Below are positions 9,120-18,664 of a stretch of DNA of 64,000 bases, piece after piece. A program made the position numbers and the translations under genes. The stretch comes from an uncultured Nitrospiraceae bacterium. GTDB taxonomy: Bacteria; Nitrospirota; Nitrospiria; Nitrospirales; Nitrospiraceae. The stretch is taken from positions 448,001 to 512,000 of the forward strand of contig CAVSTP010000002.1 of the NCBI GenBank assembly GCA_963730935.1. Direction: 5' to 3'. Numbering within the stretch: position 1 is the stretch's first letter; every line of letters begins with the position of its first letter. The notes below the pieces were generated by a model. That model was given only the letters and a program-made list of their open reading frames with translations. It did no database searches and was not told the DNA's origin.

Positions 9120-11823
9120 ATGGTCGATCGAGAGACGTGAGACGCTCCGCCGGCTTGCCAAGAGTCTGGGACTCCTCTTGGCCGCTCCACTGATCACACT
9201 ACGCTCCCTTCATGCCACGGTCCACGCCGCCACAGAAACAGTCGATGGTGAACACATGAATCAGCTTTCTCCGACTCCCGACGATCCCTTTCGCCTGCCG
9301 CGACATGTCCTTCCCGTCCGATACGAACTGCGGCTTGAGCCCGACTTGCCCGGCGCGACCTTTCACGGCCATGCCACCATCGCGGTCACGGTGGTTCGAC
9401 CGACCGATGTCATTGTCTTCAACTCGCTCGAATTGGCCATCGAGAACGCCGTCGTCGAAGACGTAGCCGGCGGAAGGCAGACGGCTTCTATTGACCTTGA
9501 CGAACCGTTGCAGCGATGCAGGCTGGCGGTCGCTCAACCATTGGCCCCTGGCCAATGGCGGCTGCATATCGAATTTCGCGGTACGCTCAATGACAAGCTT
9601 CGAGGGTTCTACCGGAGCACCTACAAGGATCGGAACGGGTCTACGCAGACGCTCGTGGCAACGCAGTTCGAAGCCACCGATGCACGGCGGGCATTCCCCT
9701 GTTGGGATGAACCGGATTTCAAGGCGGTGTTTTCGACCACGCTCGTCATCGATCCCGCGCTCAGTGCGGTCTCCAACAGCGCTGTCCTGTCGGAAACGCA
9801 GGAGCGCGAAAAGAAAGTGGTCCGGTTCGCCGATACCATGAAGATGTCCACTTATCTGGTCGCGTTTGTGGTCGGGAGGATAGAAGCCAGTGCTCCGACC
9901 TCGGTCGGAATGACGACGCTCCGGTTATGGACGGTCCCCGGCAAGAAACACCTCACCGGATTTGGACAGGACATTGCGTCCGCGTCCTTGCAGTTTTTCG
10001 AGCGCTACTACGGCATTCCCTATCCCGGCGACAAGCTCGATCTTCTGGCCATCCCGGATTTCGCCTCGGGGGCCATGGAAAACCTGGGTGCCATCACCTT
10101 CCGTGAAACCGCCTTGCTGGTCGATCCGCGCAGCGCGACGCATGGGGAACTGGAGCGGGTGGCCGACGTTGTTTCGCATGAGAACGCGCACATGTGGTTC
10201 GGCGATCTGGTGACGATGTCGTGGTGGAATGGGCTGTGGCTCAACGAAGCCTTTGCGACGTTCATGGAAATGCTCGCGGTCGATGCCTGGAAACCCGAAT
10301 GGAAGCGCTGGGATACATTCGGGGTTTCGCGGGCGGCGGCCTTGTCGGTCGACGGATTGAACAGTACGCGACCGATTGAATACGCCGTGCAGGCGCCGAA
10401 GGATGCCGAGGCCATGTTCGACGTCCTGACCTACGAGAAAGGCGCCTCCGTCCTTCGCATGCTCGAGCAGCACATCGGTCCTACGGTGTTTCGCGACGGC
10501 GTCCGGGAATATCTGCTGGCGCATGCCTACGGCAACGCTGATACCAAGGATCTCTGGATCTCTCTCGGAAAGGCCGCGCGGCAAGGGGTGCCTGAACTGA
10601 TGGACGGCTGGATCTTCCAGCCTGGCTATCCGGTGTTGACGGCGGAATTGACCGAACGTATGGAACTCGTCTTGACGCAGCAGCGTTTTACCTATCTTCC
10701 CAACCCTGTGGCCGGTTTCTGGCAGGTGCCCGTCCAGCTTCGGATCCAGACGGGAGACAAGACGGACACTCGCCGGCTGCTGCTCACTCGGCCTGACGAG
10801 CGTGTTGCCTGTCCTGCCGGGACCCAATTCGTGGTCGTGAATGAAGGGGGGCACGGATTTTACCGAGTCCACTATGGCCCTCGCCTCTTGCAACGACTGC
10901 TTGAGAGCCTGGAAACACTCGCTCCCATAGAACGATTCAATCTGGTCAACGACGCCTGGGCGTCCACAGTCGCCGGCTTGATGCCGCTGCCCGCGTACCT
11001 GGACTTGACCGGCCGCTTCACAGGGGAACGAGATAAGAATGTCTGGGCCGTGCTGATCGATTCCCTGGCATTCCTCAACCGCATCATCGATCCGTCTCAT
11101 CGACCTCTGCTGGAGGCATTTGTACGGTCAAGGGTCGGTCCCGCGATCGCGTCGGTGGGATGGACGCCGCAGCCGGATGAAAGCGAGCTGACCAGACAAC
11201 TCAGGAGTGAACTGATCGGCGCATTGGGGCGGCTGGGTAACGATGCGGAGACGCAGGCCCGTGCGGCAGAATTCTACGCCACCGCTCGCAAGGACTCAGC
11301 AGCGGTCGATCCGAATCTTCTTCCCGCCCTCGTGTCCATCCTCGCCTTTACCGGAGATGCGGCCCGTTACGACGAGTTCACCGAGCGGTTCAAAACGGCT
11401 GCCACGCCGCAAGAAGAGCGCCGCTACCTGTTTGCCTTGGCAATGTTTCGGCAGCCGACCCTGCTCGACCGGACGCTTGCCAAGACCCTCGACGGTGAAA
11501 TTCGTATTCAGGATGCACCCTTCATGGTCAGCGCGGTCATGAACAACGTGTATGGTCGTGAACTTGGTTGGCGCTTCGTGAAGACCAACTGGGACGTGTT
11601 GGATCGGCGGTTTCCCAAGCAAGGACTCCGGCGCATGTGCGGCGGCATCACGGGGCTCTGCAAACCCGAACTCGAACGAGACGTCAGGCAGTTCTTCGAC
11701 GCTCGGAAAATCGATCTCGGAGGGAAAACTTTGGACCAGTATCTCGAACAGCTCCGGATCGGCGTTTCCTTCGGAGAGCGTTACGGTAGAAGTCTCACTG
11801 AATATTTGCAAAAAGGCCGTTAG
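9085..11823 (+). CDS. M1 family aminopeptidase (PepN/ERAP1-like C-terminus); start is 9085 or 9256
   Basis: TQFEATDARRAFPCWDEP, GAMEN, HENAH...WLNE zinc motif and YEKGA. Confidence 0.93.
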   Translation: MEPRPTTSNGHEWSIERRETLRRLAKSLGLLLAAPLITLRSLHATVHAATETVDGEHMNQLSPTPDDPFRLPRHVLPVRYELRLEPDLPGATFHGHATIAVTVVRPTDVIVFNSLELAIENAVVEDVAGGRQTASIDLDEPLQRCRLAVAQPLAPGQWRLHIEFRGTLNDKLRGFYRSTYKDRNGSTQTLVATQFEATDARRAFPCWDEPDFKAVFSTTLVIDPALSAVSNSAVLSETQEREKKVVRFADTMKMSTYLVAFVVGRIEASAPTSVGMTTLRLWTVPGKKHLTGFGQDIASASLQFFERYYGIPYPGDKLDLLAIPDFASGAMENLGAITFRETALLVDPRSATHGELERVADVVSHENAHMWFGDLVTMSWWNGLWLNEAFATFMEMLAVDAWKPEWKRWDTFGVSRAAALSVDGLNSTRPIEYAVQAPKDAEAMFDVLTYEKGASVLRMLEQHIGPTVFRDGVREYLLAHAYGNADTKDLWISLGKAARQGVPELMDGWIFQPGYPVLTAELTERMELVLTQQRFTYLPNPVAGFWQVPVQLRIQTGDKTDTRRLLLTRPDERVACPAGTQFVVVNEGGHGFYRVHYGPRLLQRLLESLETLAPIERFNLVNDAWASTVAGLMPLPAYLDLTGRFTGERDKNVWAVLIDSLAFLNRIIDPSHRPLLEAFVRSRVGPAIASVGWTPQPDESELTRQLRSELIGALGRLGNDAETQARAAEFYATARKDSAAVDPNLLPALVSILAFTGDAARYDEFTERFKTAATPQEERRYLFALAMFRQPTLLDRTLAKTLDGEIRIQDAPFMVSAVMNNVYGRELGWRFVKTNWDVLDRRFPKQGLRRMCGGITGLCKPELERDVRQFFDARKIDLGGKTLDQYLEQLRIGVSFGERYGRSLTEYLQKGR

Positions 11824-11889
11824 AGAAAGGGCGTCAGGTTGTACATTTTCTGGATTGAGTGGGGGCATGTCTCATAGTAGGCTGGTACC

Positions 11890-13161
11890 ATGTCGTGGTG
11901 GACGTCCCGCACATTGGTTTCAGCCTGCATCGGCCTATTCGCGCTGTTCCATGTTGCCTGTAGCGGCAACGACACTGGCGGAGGAGGAGGAGGAGGAGGA
12001 GGCATGGCTCCTCCTCCAGCCCCGTCCAATAGCTTGCGCCTTCAGCCGGTGGCGGCTTCGGCTGTTCTTGCTTTACCGTTGTTTCTCACGGCAGCCCCAA
12101 ACGATTTGAATCGCCTCTTTATCGTCGAACAGGGAGGGCTCATCCGCATTTTGGATGCGCTGAGCGGCGCTCCTAGGTCCATTCCGTTTCTCGACGTGCG
12201 TGCCCTCATCACGAACCCCTCGATCGGGACAGAACGCGGCCTGCTCGGGATGGCCTTTGACCCCGATTTTGGCCCTCCAATTAACAACCGCCGTTTCTAT
12301 ATTTACTACACCGACACCAACGGCAATATCGTCATCGCGCGCTACTTGGCAAGCGCTGCCAATTCTGATGTTGCGAATCCTGGTTCCGATAGGATCCTCA
12401 AAACCATTACTCGAGATCCCGCGAACGACAATCATAATGGCGGGATGCTCGCATTCGGACCGGACCGCTGTCTCTACGCCGCGACCGGAGACGGCGGAGG
12501 AGTCGGTGACCCACCGAACAATGCCCAGACTACCACGTCGCTCTTGGGGAAAATCCTTCGACTCGATCCGGAGAACGGAAATGCCTGCACCTTCATCACG
12601 AGCAATCCATTTGCGACCAGCGGCGGAGCTCCGGAGGTGTGGAGCTATGGCCTGCGCAACCCCTTTCGTTTTTCCTTCGACCGTACAACCGGCAACCTCT
12701 ACATCGGCGACGTCGGGCAGAGCCAGCGTGAAGAAGTCGATGCCGTACTGGCTCCGAGTGCCGGTAGTGGACTCAACTTCGGGTGGAAGATCATGGAAGG
12801 GTTTCTTTGTTTCAATCCCCCGAGCGGGTGCAATACGTCAGGCCTGACACTTCCCATCCTCGATTACGCGCACGACCCCGACACGGGGGCCTGCTCGATC
12901 ATCGGCGGGTACGTCTATCGAGGAACATCCAATGCCGCCGTGGTCGGTACCTATTTTTATGCCGATTTTTGCGCGGGATTTGTCAGAAGTTTTCTCTTGC
13001 AAAATGGTCAACTTGGTACGCAGAACACTTGGCCGTTGCTCAGTCCTCCTTCAGGAGAGCAAATAACCAGTTTTGGTGAAGACGCCCGTGGTGAGCTGTA
13101 CCTCATTACACAGAACCTCACGACGCAGACAGGCAAGGTGTTCCGCGTCACTGCTAACTAA
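11890..13161 (+). CDS. PQQ-dependent sugar dehydrogenase family (GSDH beta-propeller) lipoprotein
   Basis: Lipobox HVAC followed by a Gly9 linker. Motifs ERGLLGMAFDP, HNGGMLAFGPD, GLRNPFRFSFD and SFGEDARGELY. Confidence 0.88.
   Translation: MSWWTSRTLVSACIGLFALFHVACSGNDTGGGGGGGGGMAPPPAPSNSLRLQPVAASAVLALPLFLTAAPNDLNRLFIVEQGGLIRILDALSGAPRSIPFLDVRALITNPSIGTERGLLGMAFDPDFGPPINNRRFYIYYTDTNGNIVIARYLASAANSDVANPGSDRILKTITRDPANDNHNGGMLAFGPDRCLYAATGDGGGVGDPPNNAQTTTSLLGKILRLDPENGNACTFITSNPFATSGGAPEVWSYGLRNPFRFSFDRTTGNLYIGDVGQSQREEVDAVLAPSAGSGLNFGWKIMEGFLCFNPPSGCNTSGLTLPILDYAHDPDTGACSIIGGYVYRGTSNAAVVGTYFYADFCAGFVRSFLLQNGQLGTQNTWPLLSPPSGEQITSFGEDARGELYLITQNLTTQTGKVFRVTAN
11977..12003 (+). repeat. (GGA)7 trinucleotide tract encoding the poly-Gly linker
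   Basis: GGC(GGA)7GGC read directly from the sequence. Confidence 0.9.
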
Positions 13162-13175
13162 CTCGGTCGCGTCTT

Positions 13176-15839
13176 TCATTCATGCCGCAGGATCGCCAGC
13201 GGCCTCTGGCCGAGGATCCGAAACGTGCTGAGCAAGCCAACGACTAATGTCAGCAGCACGGTGCAACTCAGTCCAATCAACAGCACCATCGGATGCAGAC
13301 TCCACGTCAAATCAAAGACGTGGGTCAACAGCAGCCACGACAGCGCGCTCGACAATCCCACCGCTAGCACTCCGCCGATGCACCCGAGCAGCGCATACTC
13401 GGCAGCAAATGTCCTCGCGATCAGGCCGCGAGTGGCGCCCACCGCCTTAAGAATGACCGATTCATAAAGCCGCCGATATCTGGTTGCCGCCAGCGCCGCC
13501 GCCATCACCAGTCCGCCCGTCACGACGCAGAAGAGCGCGACGGCTCGAATGGCCAAGGCGAGGCGATCCAGGACGTTTGCAAAGTTGCGGAGAACGTCAC
13601 CGACGTGGATCGCACTGACGTTCGGAAAGGCCTCGACCACAGCCTCCTGCAGCGGAATTTCCTGGTCAGGGTCGACGCGGATTGTCGCCACATACGTGAC
13701 CGGGGCCCCGTCAAGCGATCCCGGCGACAGTATCATGTAAAAGTTGGTGGAAAAGTTCCCCCAATCCACTTTGCGGATGCTCGACACCTCGGCGCTGATC
13801 GTGGCCCCTTGGATATCTAGTTCGAGCCGGGACCCCACGTCCAGTCCCAAGGCATGTGCCGCCTCTTCTTCGATCGACACCTGCGGCGCGGCAAAGCGCT
13901 GTCCCGCCTGCCACCACGCGCCGCGAATAATCTCGTTCCCTTTCGGCAGCTGCTCCAGAAACGTCAGCACGTACTCCCGCGAGAAATACCACTGCTTTCG
14001 CCGTTCTTCCTTGCCCTCTTCGCGCCGCTCCTCTTGGTCCCGTTCCTCGTCGACTTTCACTTCTTCGCCGTTTACGGCATGGAGTCGAGACCGCACGAGC
14101 GGGGTCATCTCCGGCCTGCGCCCGGCCGTTCGCTCGGCGATCAGCTTGGCAAAACCTGCTGTTTGGTCCGGCTGCAGATCGATGAAGAAGAATGTCGGCG
14201 CATCCACCGGCCGAGTCTCGCCGACCTGTCGAAGCAACGCACGCTCGACCAAGTAGACCGTGACAATGACCATCACGCTCAGCCCTATCGCCACGAGTAT
14301 CCCCGCTGTATGTCCGCCGGGCCGCAGCACATTGCCGATCGCGTAGCGCAGTGTGAGAGAGGGAGGTTTGGGGATCAGGCGCAGACCTGCTACCAGCAGC
14401 CGTGCGCAGCCGAGCAACGTGAGGATGGCGATGGCCACGCCTCCGATGTACCAGCCGCCAACCCGCCATGAACCGGCCTGCCAGACGGACAAGGCTGCAA
14501 GTCCGAAGATGAGCGCGCCGGCGGCGGTCATACCGAACCGGTCCTGCAAGCCTATTTTGGCTCTCCAGGAGGACCTGGACGAAGCACCGCCTGTCTCCTG
14601 ATCCACCTCGCGCCGGAAAATCGCCGAGGGAGCGACGTCCCGAACTCGCAACAGAGGCCAGAGCGAGAAGAGCAGCGTGGTGAGCAATCCCAATGCGCCG
14701 CCTTTGAGAAGCGGGCCGATCGAAACCGCCGAAAGTTCCGTGGATGCGCCGACTTGATCAAGCAGATCGCTCACGAACGCCCCAGCCAGTAACGGCGGAA
14801 GCACGCGCTGGAGCAGGATGCCGAGCAGCATCCCGGCCCCGCTCCCGATCAACCCCAGCCCCAGCGCCTGCAGCACATAGGCCCCAATCAGCACGGACGA
14901 ATCGGCACCGAGAGTTTTCAGGATGGCGATGGTTTTCAATTTTTCCTGCATGAAGGCATGGATCGACATGGCCACGCCGAGGCCGCCGATGAACAAGGCC
15001 GTCAAGCCGACGAGGCCTAGATAACGGGACAACTGTTCGAGAAACTGCTTGAGCTGAGGTTGAGCGTCGCGATAGCCGGAGACACGCACGTGATCGGCAA
15101 CCAAACGGCCGCGTAGTTCCGCGCGCAAGGGCTCGAGCGGCATTTGAGGAGGCAGCTGGAGCAGTTCCCGTTCACGGATCCGGCTGCCCGGCTGCACCAG
15201 TGCCGACGATTTCAGGCCCGCCGCTGAGATGATGACACGTGGACCCAGACTGAAGGCATTGGCCATTCGATCGGGTTCGGTGCGGACCAGGCCCGTGATC
15301 AGAAATTCCGCCTTCCCGATCTTGAAGCGATCCCCGATGGCAAGTCCCATGCGAAGCAGCAGCGCTTCCTGTACCACCGCGCCATGGCAGGGAAGCGTCT
15401 CACACTGTGACCGATCCGGATGCAGCAGTCGATCCAAAGGTTGTAAGGGCTCGGTCTTCAAAGCCCCGTACAAGGGATACCCAGCCTCCACCGCCTTGAG
15501 TTCCACAATCTGTGTCGCTTGAGCGGTCGTGGCCTCCCCTGCGGTGCGGGCGGCCATGGCCACCAACTCGCTGATATGCGTGCGCGTAACGCTTCGCTGG
15601 TCGAGTGTGTCGAGGACCGTCCGGCTTTCGGCGCTCAAGGGATGGGAAGAGCGGATCTCAAGATCGCCTCCGAGCAAGCCCTTGGCCTGTCTGGATACGG
15701 CATGCTCCACATGAGCGGCAAAGAGCGACACGCCGACCAGCGCGCTGACCCCAATCGCGATGCAGACAAAAAAATACAGAAAGTGGCGCCAGGCCCCCCG
15801 AGTTTCACGCCAGGCCATGCGGAACATGAAGGGGCTCAC
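13176..15839 (-). CDS. ybbP: ABC transporter permease, YbbP/FtsX-like
   Basis: LLGGDL, two FtsX-type TM blocks and APTFFFIDLQPDQ. Clustered with ybbA and tesA. Confidence 0.85.
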   Translation of the reverse strand: MSPFMFRMAWRETRGAWRHFLYFFVCIAIGVSALVGVSLFAAHVEHAVSRQAKGLLGGDLEIRSSHPLSAESRTVLDTLDQRSVTRTHISELVAMAARTAGEATTAQATQIVELKAVEAGYPLYGALKTEPLQPLDRLLHPDRSQCETLPCHGAVVQEALLLRMGLAIGDRFKIGKAEFLITGLVRTEPDRMANAFSLGPRVIISAAGLKSSALVQPGSRIRERELLQLPPQMPLEPLRAELRGRLVADHVRVSGYRDAQPQLKQFLEQLSRYLGLVGLTALFIGGLGVAMSIHAFMQEKLKTIAILKTLGADSSVLIGAYVLQALGLGLIGSGAGMLLGILLQRVLPPLLAGAFVSDLLDQVGASTELSAVSIGPLLKGGALGLLTTLLFSLWPLLRVRDVAPSAIFRREVDQETGGASSRSSWRAKIGLQDRFGMTAAGALIFGLAALSVWQAGSWRVGGWYIGGVAIAILTLLGCARLLVAGLRLIPKPPSLTLRYAIGNVLRPGGHTAGILVAIGLSVMVIVTVYLVERALLRQVGETRPVDAPTFFFIDLQPDQTAGFAKLIAERTAGRRPEMTPLVRSRLHAVNGEEVKVDEERDQEERREEGKEERRKQWYFSREYVLTFLEQLPKGNEIIRGAWWQAGQRFAAPQVSIEEEAAHALGLDVGSRLELDIQGATISAEVSSIRKVDWGNFSTNFYMILSPGSLDGAPVTYVATIRVDPDQEIPLQEAVVEAFPNVSAIHVGDVLRNFANVLDRLALAIRAVALFCVVTGGLVMAAALAATRYRRLYESVILKAVGATRGLIARTFAAEYALLGCIGGVLAVGLSSALSWLLLTHVFDLTWSLHPMVLLIGLSCTVLLTLVVGLLSTFRILGQRPLAILRHE

Positions 15840-16537
15840 AACGCGTTCTCGCCAGGTCCGGTCCGGGGAAGGATTTCGTCGGACTCGATGCGCCCATCCC
15901 GTAGAGCGATCACCCGATGCATCAAGCTCGCGATGGCACGGTCATGCGTGACCAGCACCAAGGTGGTCCCGTAATCACGATGAAGGGCCAGTACAAGATC
16001 CATGATGTGGTGTCCGGTCTGTGAATCCAGGTTCCCCGTCGGTTCGTCGGCCAATAGGATTGGGGGCCGGCAGGCAAAGGCTCGTGCCACGGCGACCCGT
16101 TGCTGTTCACCTCCGGAGAGCTGGACCGGGTAGTGATCGATTCGGTTGCCCAACCCCACGGTCTGCAACAATTCGATCGCTTGGTCTCTCGCAGCAGCGT
16201 TCCCAGACAGTTCCAACGGGACGAGTACATTTTCCAAAGCAGTCAGCGTGGGAATCAGATGGAAGGACTGAAAGATATAGCCGATCTTCGCGCGCCGGAA
16301 CTTGGCCATTCGGCTTTCGGACAACGAGGTGATCTCGGTGCCGTCCAGCGTGATCGCCCCCGCCGTCGGACGGTCGAGGCCGGCCATCAATCCCAACAAG
16401 GTCGACTTTCCGCTCCCCGATGGACCCATGACGGCCACCGTTTGTTTCGAGGGAATTTCCAGCGTCACGTCGTCGAGAATAGTGACTGGTCGGCCGGCGG
16501 CGGTCAGACGCATGGATAGATGTTGCACCTCAATCAT
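15836..16537 (-). CDS. ybbA: ABC transporter ATP-binding protein, YbbA/LolD-like
   Basis: [17 protein letters not shown] and DEPTGNLD. Confidence 0.88.
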   Translation of the reverse strand: MIEVQHLSMRLTAAGRPVTILDDVTLEIPSKQTVAVMGPSGSGKSTLLGLMAGLDRPTAGAITLDGTEITSLSESRMAKFRRAKIGYIFQSFHLIPTLTALENVLVPLELSGNAAARDQAIELLQTVGLGNRIDHYPVQLSGGEQQRVAVARAFACRPPILLADEPTGNLDSQTGHHIMDLVLALHRDYGTTLVLVTHDRAIASLMHRVIALRDGRIESDEILPRTGPGENAL

Positions 16538-16594
16538 GAGAAGCGCTCCTTGAACACATCGGTTGAGGATCAGATGGTATTATACTGAAGTCCG

Positions 16595-17257
16595 ATGCCA
16601 ACCAGAGAACTTCTCAACGCCTTCGCCAAGCCGCTGTTTCTGACGCTGTGGCTCATCGCGTGGGTCATCGGCCATTCATCGGCAGCCGTTTCCGATGATG
16701 ATAGGCCACGGATCGTGGCGTTCGGCGACAGTCTCACTGCGGGGTTGGGCGTTGCAGCGGAAGAGGCGTACCCGGCACGGTTACAGCGTCGATTGGACGA
16801 GCAGGGCCTCCGCTATCGGGTGATCAACGCAGGGGTGAGCGGAGACACGACAGCGGGCGGCCTGCGACGGGTGGATTGGGTGCTCAAAAGCCGCCCAGAT
16901 CTCGTGATCCTCGAGTTGGGCGGAAACGACGGGCTTCGCGGGCTCAACCTCGATGAGACCAAAGCGAACCTCGAGCGGATCATCAGGCGGTGTCAAGATG
17001 CGTCGGTCACGGTAATTCTCGCGGGAATGAAGCTCCCGCCGAACTATGGTACAGAGTATACGAAAGGTTTCGAGGCAATCTATCCGGCCCTCGCCAAGCA
17101 GTACCGCTTGATGCTGATTCCGTTTTTTCTCGATGGCGTGGCAGGGTCGGCGTCGCTTAACCAAGCCGACGGCATTCATCCTACAAGCGAGGGCTACCGC
17201 ATCATCACCGACAAGGTGCTGGAAACTGTGAAGCCGCTGCTCAACGGAAGGAAATGA
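16595..17257 (+). CDS. tesA: Arylesterase / acyl-CoA thioesterase I (GDSL hydrolase)
   Basis: FGDSLTAG, NAGVSGDTT, GGNDG and DGIHP. Divergent from ybbA, as in E. coli. Confidence 0.9.
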   Translation: MPTRELLNAFAKPLFLTLWLIAWVIGHSSAAVSDDDRPRIVAFGDSLTAGLGVAAEEAYPARLQRRLDEQGLRYRVINAGVSGDTTAGGLRRVDWVLKSRPDLVILELGGNDGLRGLNLDETKANLERIIRRCQDASVTVILAGMKLPPNYGTEYTKGFEAIYPALAKQYRLMLIPFFLDGVAGSASLNQADGIHPTSEGYRIITDKVLETVKPLLNGRK

Positions 17258-17347
17258 CGTGAGGACCGGCGGATATTGCAGAGGAACACCCCGAGCTTAC
17301 CGGCGGAGCCTGGAGCCCGGGGACGACCGACAACGAAAGAGTGCCGG

Positions 17348-17533
17348 TCAGCTTTTCTTGAAGAACGTATCGTAGACGCCGTAGGCGAGCACGATACCGA
17401 TGAGGGCGTAATACATGCTGCTGATACCGCTGTAGTCCGGTGCCCCACCCTTCGGCTCATTGGCGAACGCAACTGAAGCGCCGATCAAGAGCGTCCCCGC
17501 GACTGCACTGACCTGTCCAAGCATCTTGCTCAT
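17348..17533 (-). CDS. Small (61 aa) protein with signal peptide and C-terminal TM helix
   Basis: GAGGAGG SD, signal ending AFA, TM YYALIGIVLAYGVY, and an upstream TTGCGT-18-TAGAAT. Confidence 0.75.
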   Translation of the reverse strand: MSKMLGQVSAVAGTLLIGASVAFANEPKGGAPDYSGISSMYYALIGIVLAYGVYDTFFKKS

Positions 17534-17656
17534 GTGAAACCCTCCTCGAAACGGTGGACAAAAACGAGGCCGCATTCTACTGAAATCGTCGGATCGGACG
17601 CAAGGGGCAAGAGACGGAACGACGGTCGGAACCAAGAACGTGTGGAAAGGAAAGAC

Positions 17657-18553
17657 CTAGGAGGCGGGGCTTAATTTGGTGATGGTCTTGAGGGCGGCGG
17701 CGACTTCCCTGAAGGACGTAGCAAGCTTATCCAGCTGTGTGCCCTTGGAGATGAGCTCACCGGCAATGGTCTTGATCTGGCTGTCGTAGCCACCCACTTC
17801 CGAAGCGATTTCCGCCACCTTGGTGAACAGGTCCTGATAGCCCATGACTTCCTGCTGTAGCTGTTGCAATTGCGTTTGGGCTGCCTTGACCTCTGTCATG
17901 GACGCCTGAAGCTGCTGAGTCATGCGCTGGACATACGCCTCGCGGTCGCGTTGTTCCGACTCGAGGGTCAGCTGAATTTCTTCGCTTTCGCGACGGCGCT
18001 CGTCCAAATCGCGAATGATCTGTGTCCAGGCCGCAAGGTCACCGCTCAACCGCGATGCATCCGGCAGCGCGTGCCCCTTCTCCAAGGCCTTCATCGCCGG
18101 CTGCAACCATTCGATAAACGCCAGAACCTCGCTCAATCGCAAGTCGGCGGAGACACTCGACAACATGGTGGAATTCGCGTTCGGTGTCTCGGCGGTAACG
18201 GGCGGAGACGGTTTGACCTTCTTGGCACGAGGCTGGACCCAGCGATGGTATTCCAAGAGTACCGCAATGCAATGCCGGCACATGGGCTCTTCCGGCAAAG
18301 AACAGCTGCACTTGGAGACCAGGTGACCGTCCTTCAGTCGGATGGTCTGCTCGTAGAGGCCCGAATTGCCGATGACCGCCGAAGAGATCTGGGCTTCATC
18401 CGCCTCGACGATGCGTACGCGGTTTTCCGACAAGTACTGACTTCCCAAGTGGAAGGCATTCCGGTCGACGACCCCTTGGATCATATGGGGATCCAGAAGG
18501 CTTAAGCGTTCCGCCGAACAAGGAATCTTGTTCCGCATGCGACGATGCTCCAT
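17657..18553 (-). CDS. SWIM zinc-finger protein with C-terminal coiled coil
   Basis: CSC-x7-CRH (CxC...CxH) and a Gln/Glu-rich heptad tail. Confidence 0.8.
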   Translation of the reverse strand: MEHRRMRNKIPCSAERLSLLDPHMIQGVVDRNAFHLGSQYLSENRVRIVEADEAQISSAVIGNSGLYEQTIRLKDGHLVSKCSCSLPEEPMCRHCIAVLLEYHRWVQPRAKKVKPSPPVTAETPNANSTMLSSVSADLRLSEVLAFIEWLQPAMKALEKGHALPDASRLSGDLAAWTQIIRDLDERRRESEEIQLTLESEQRDREAYVQRMTQQLQASMTEVKAAQTQLQQLQQEVMGYQDLFTKVAEIASEVGGYDSQIKTIAGELISKGTQLDKLATSFREVAAALKTITKLSPAS

Positions 18554-18664
18554 TCGCTAGGCGAATTCTCGTCTAGCTTCACACCTTAAATTGTACCCTA
18601 GTGTGAAACGCCGCGCCGAAAGTGTCAAGAAGAGTAGCAATCTTCACCGCACGGTTGGCGGACG

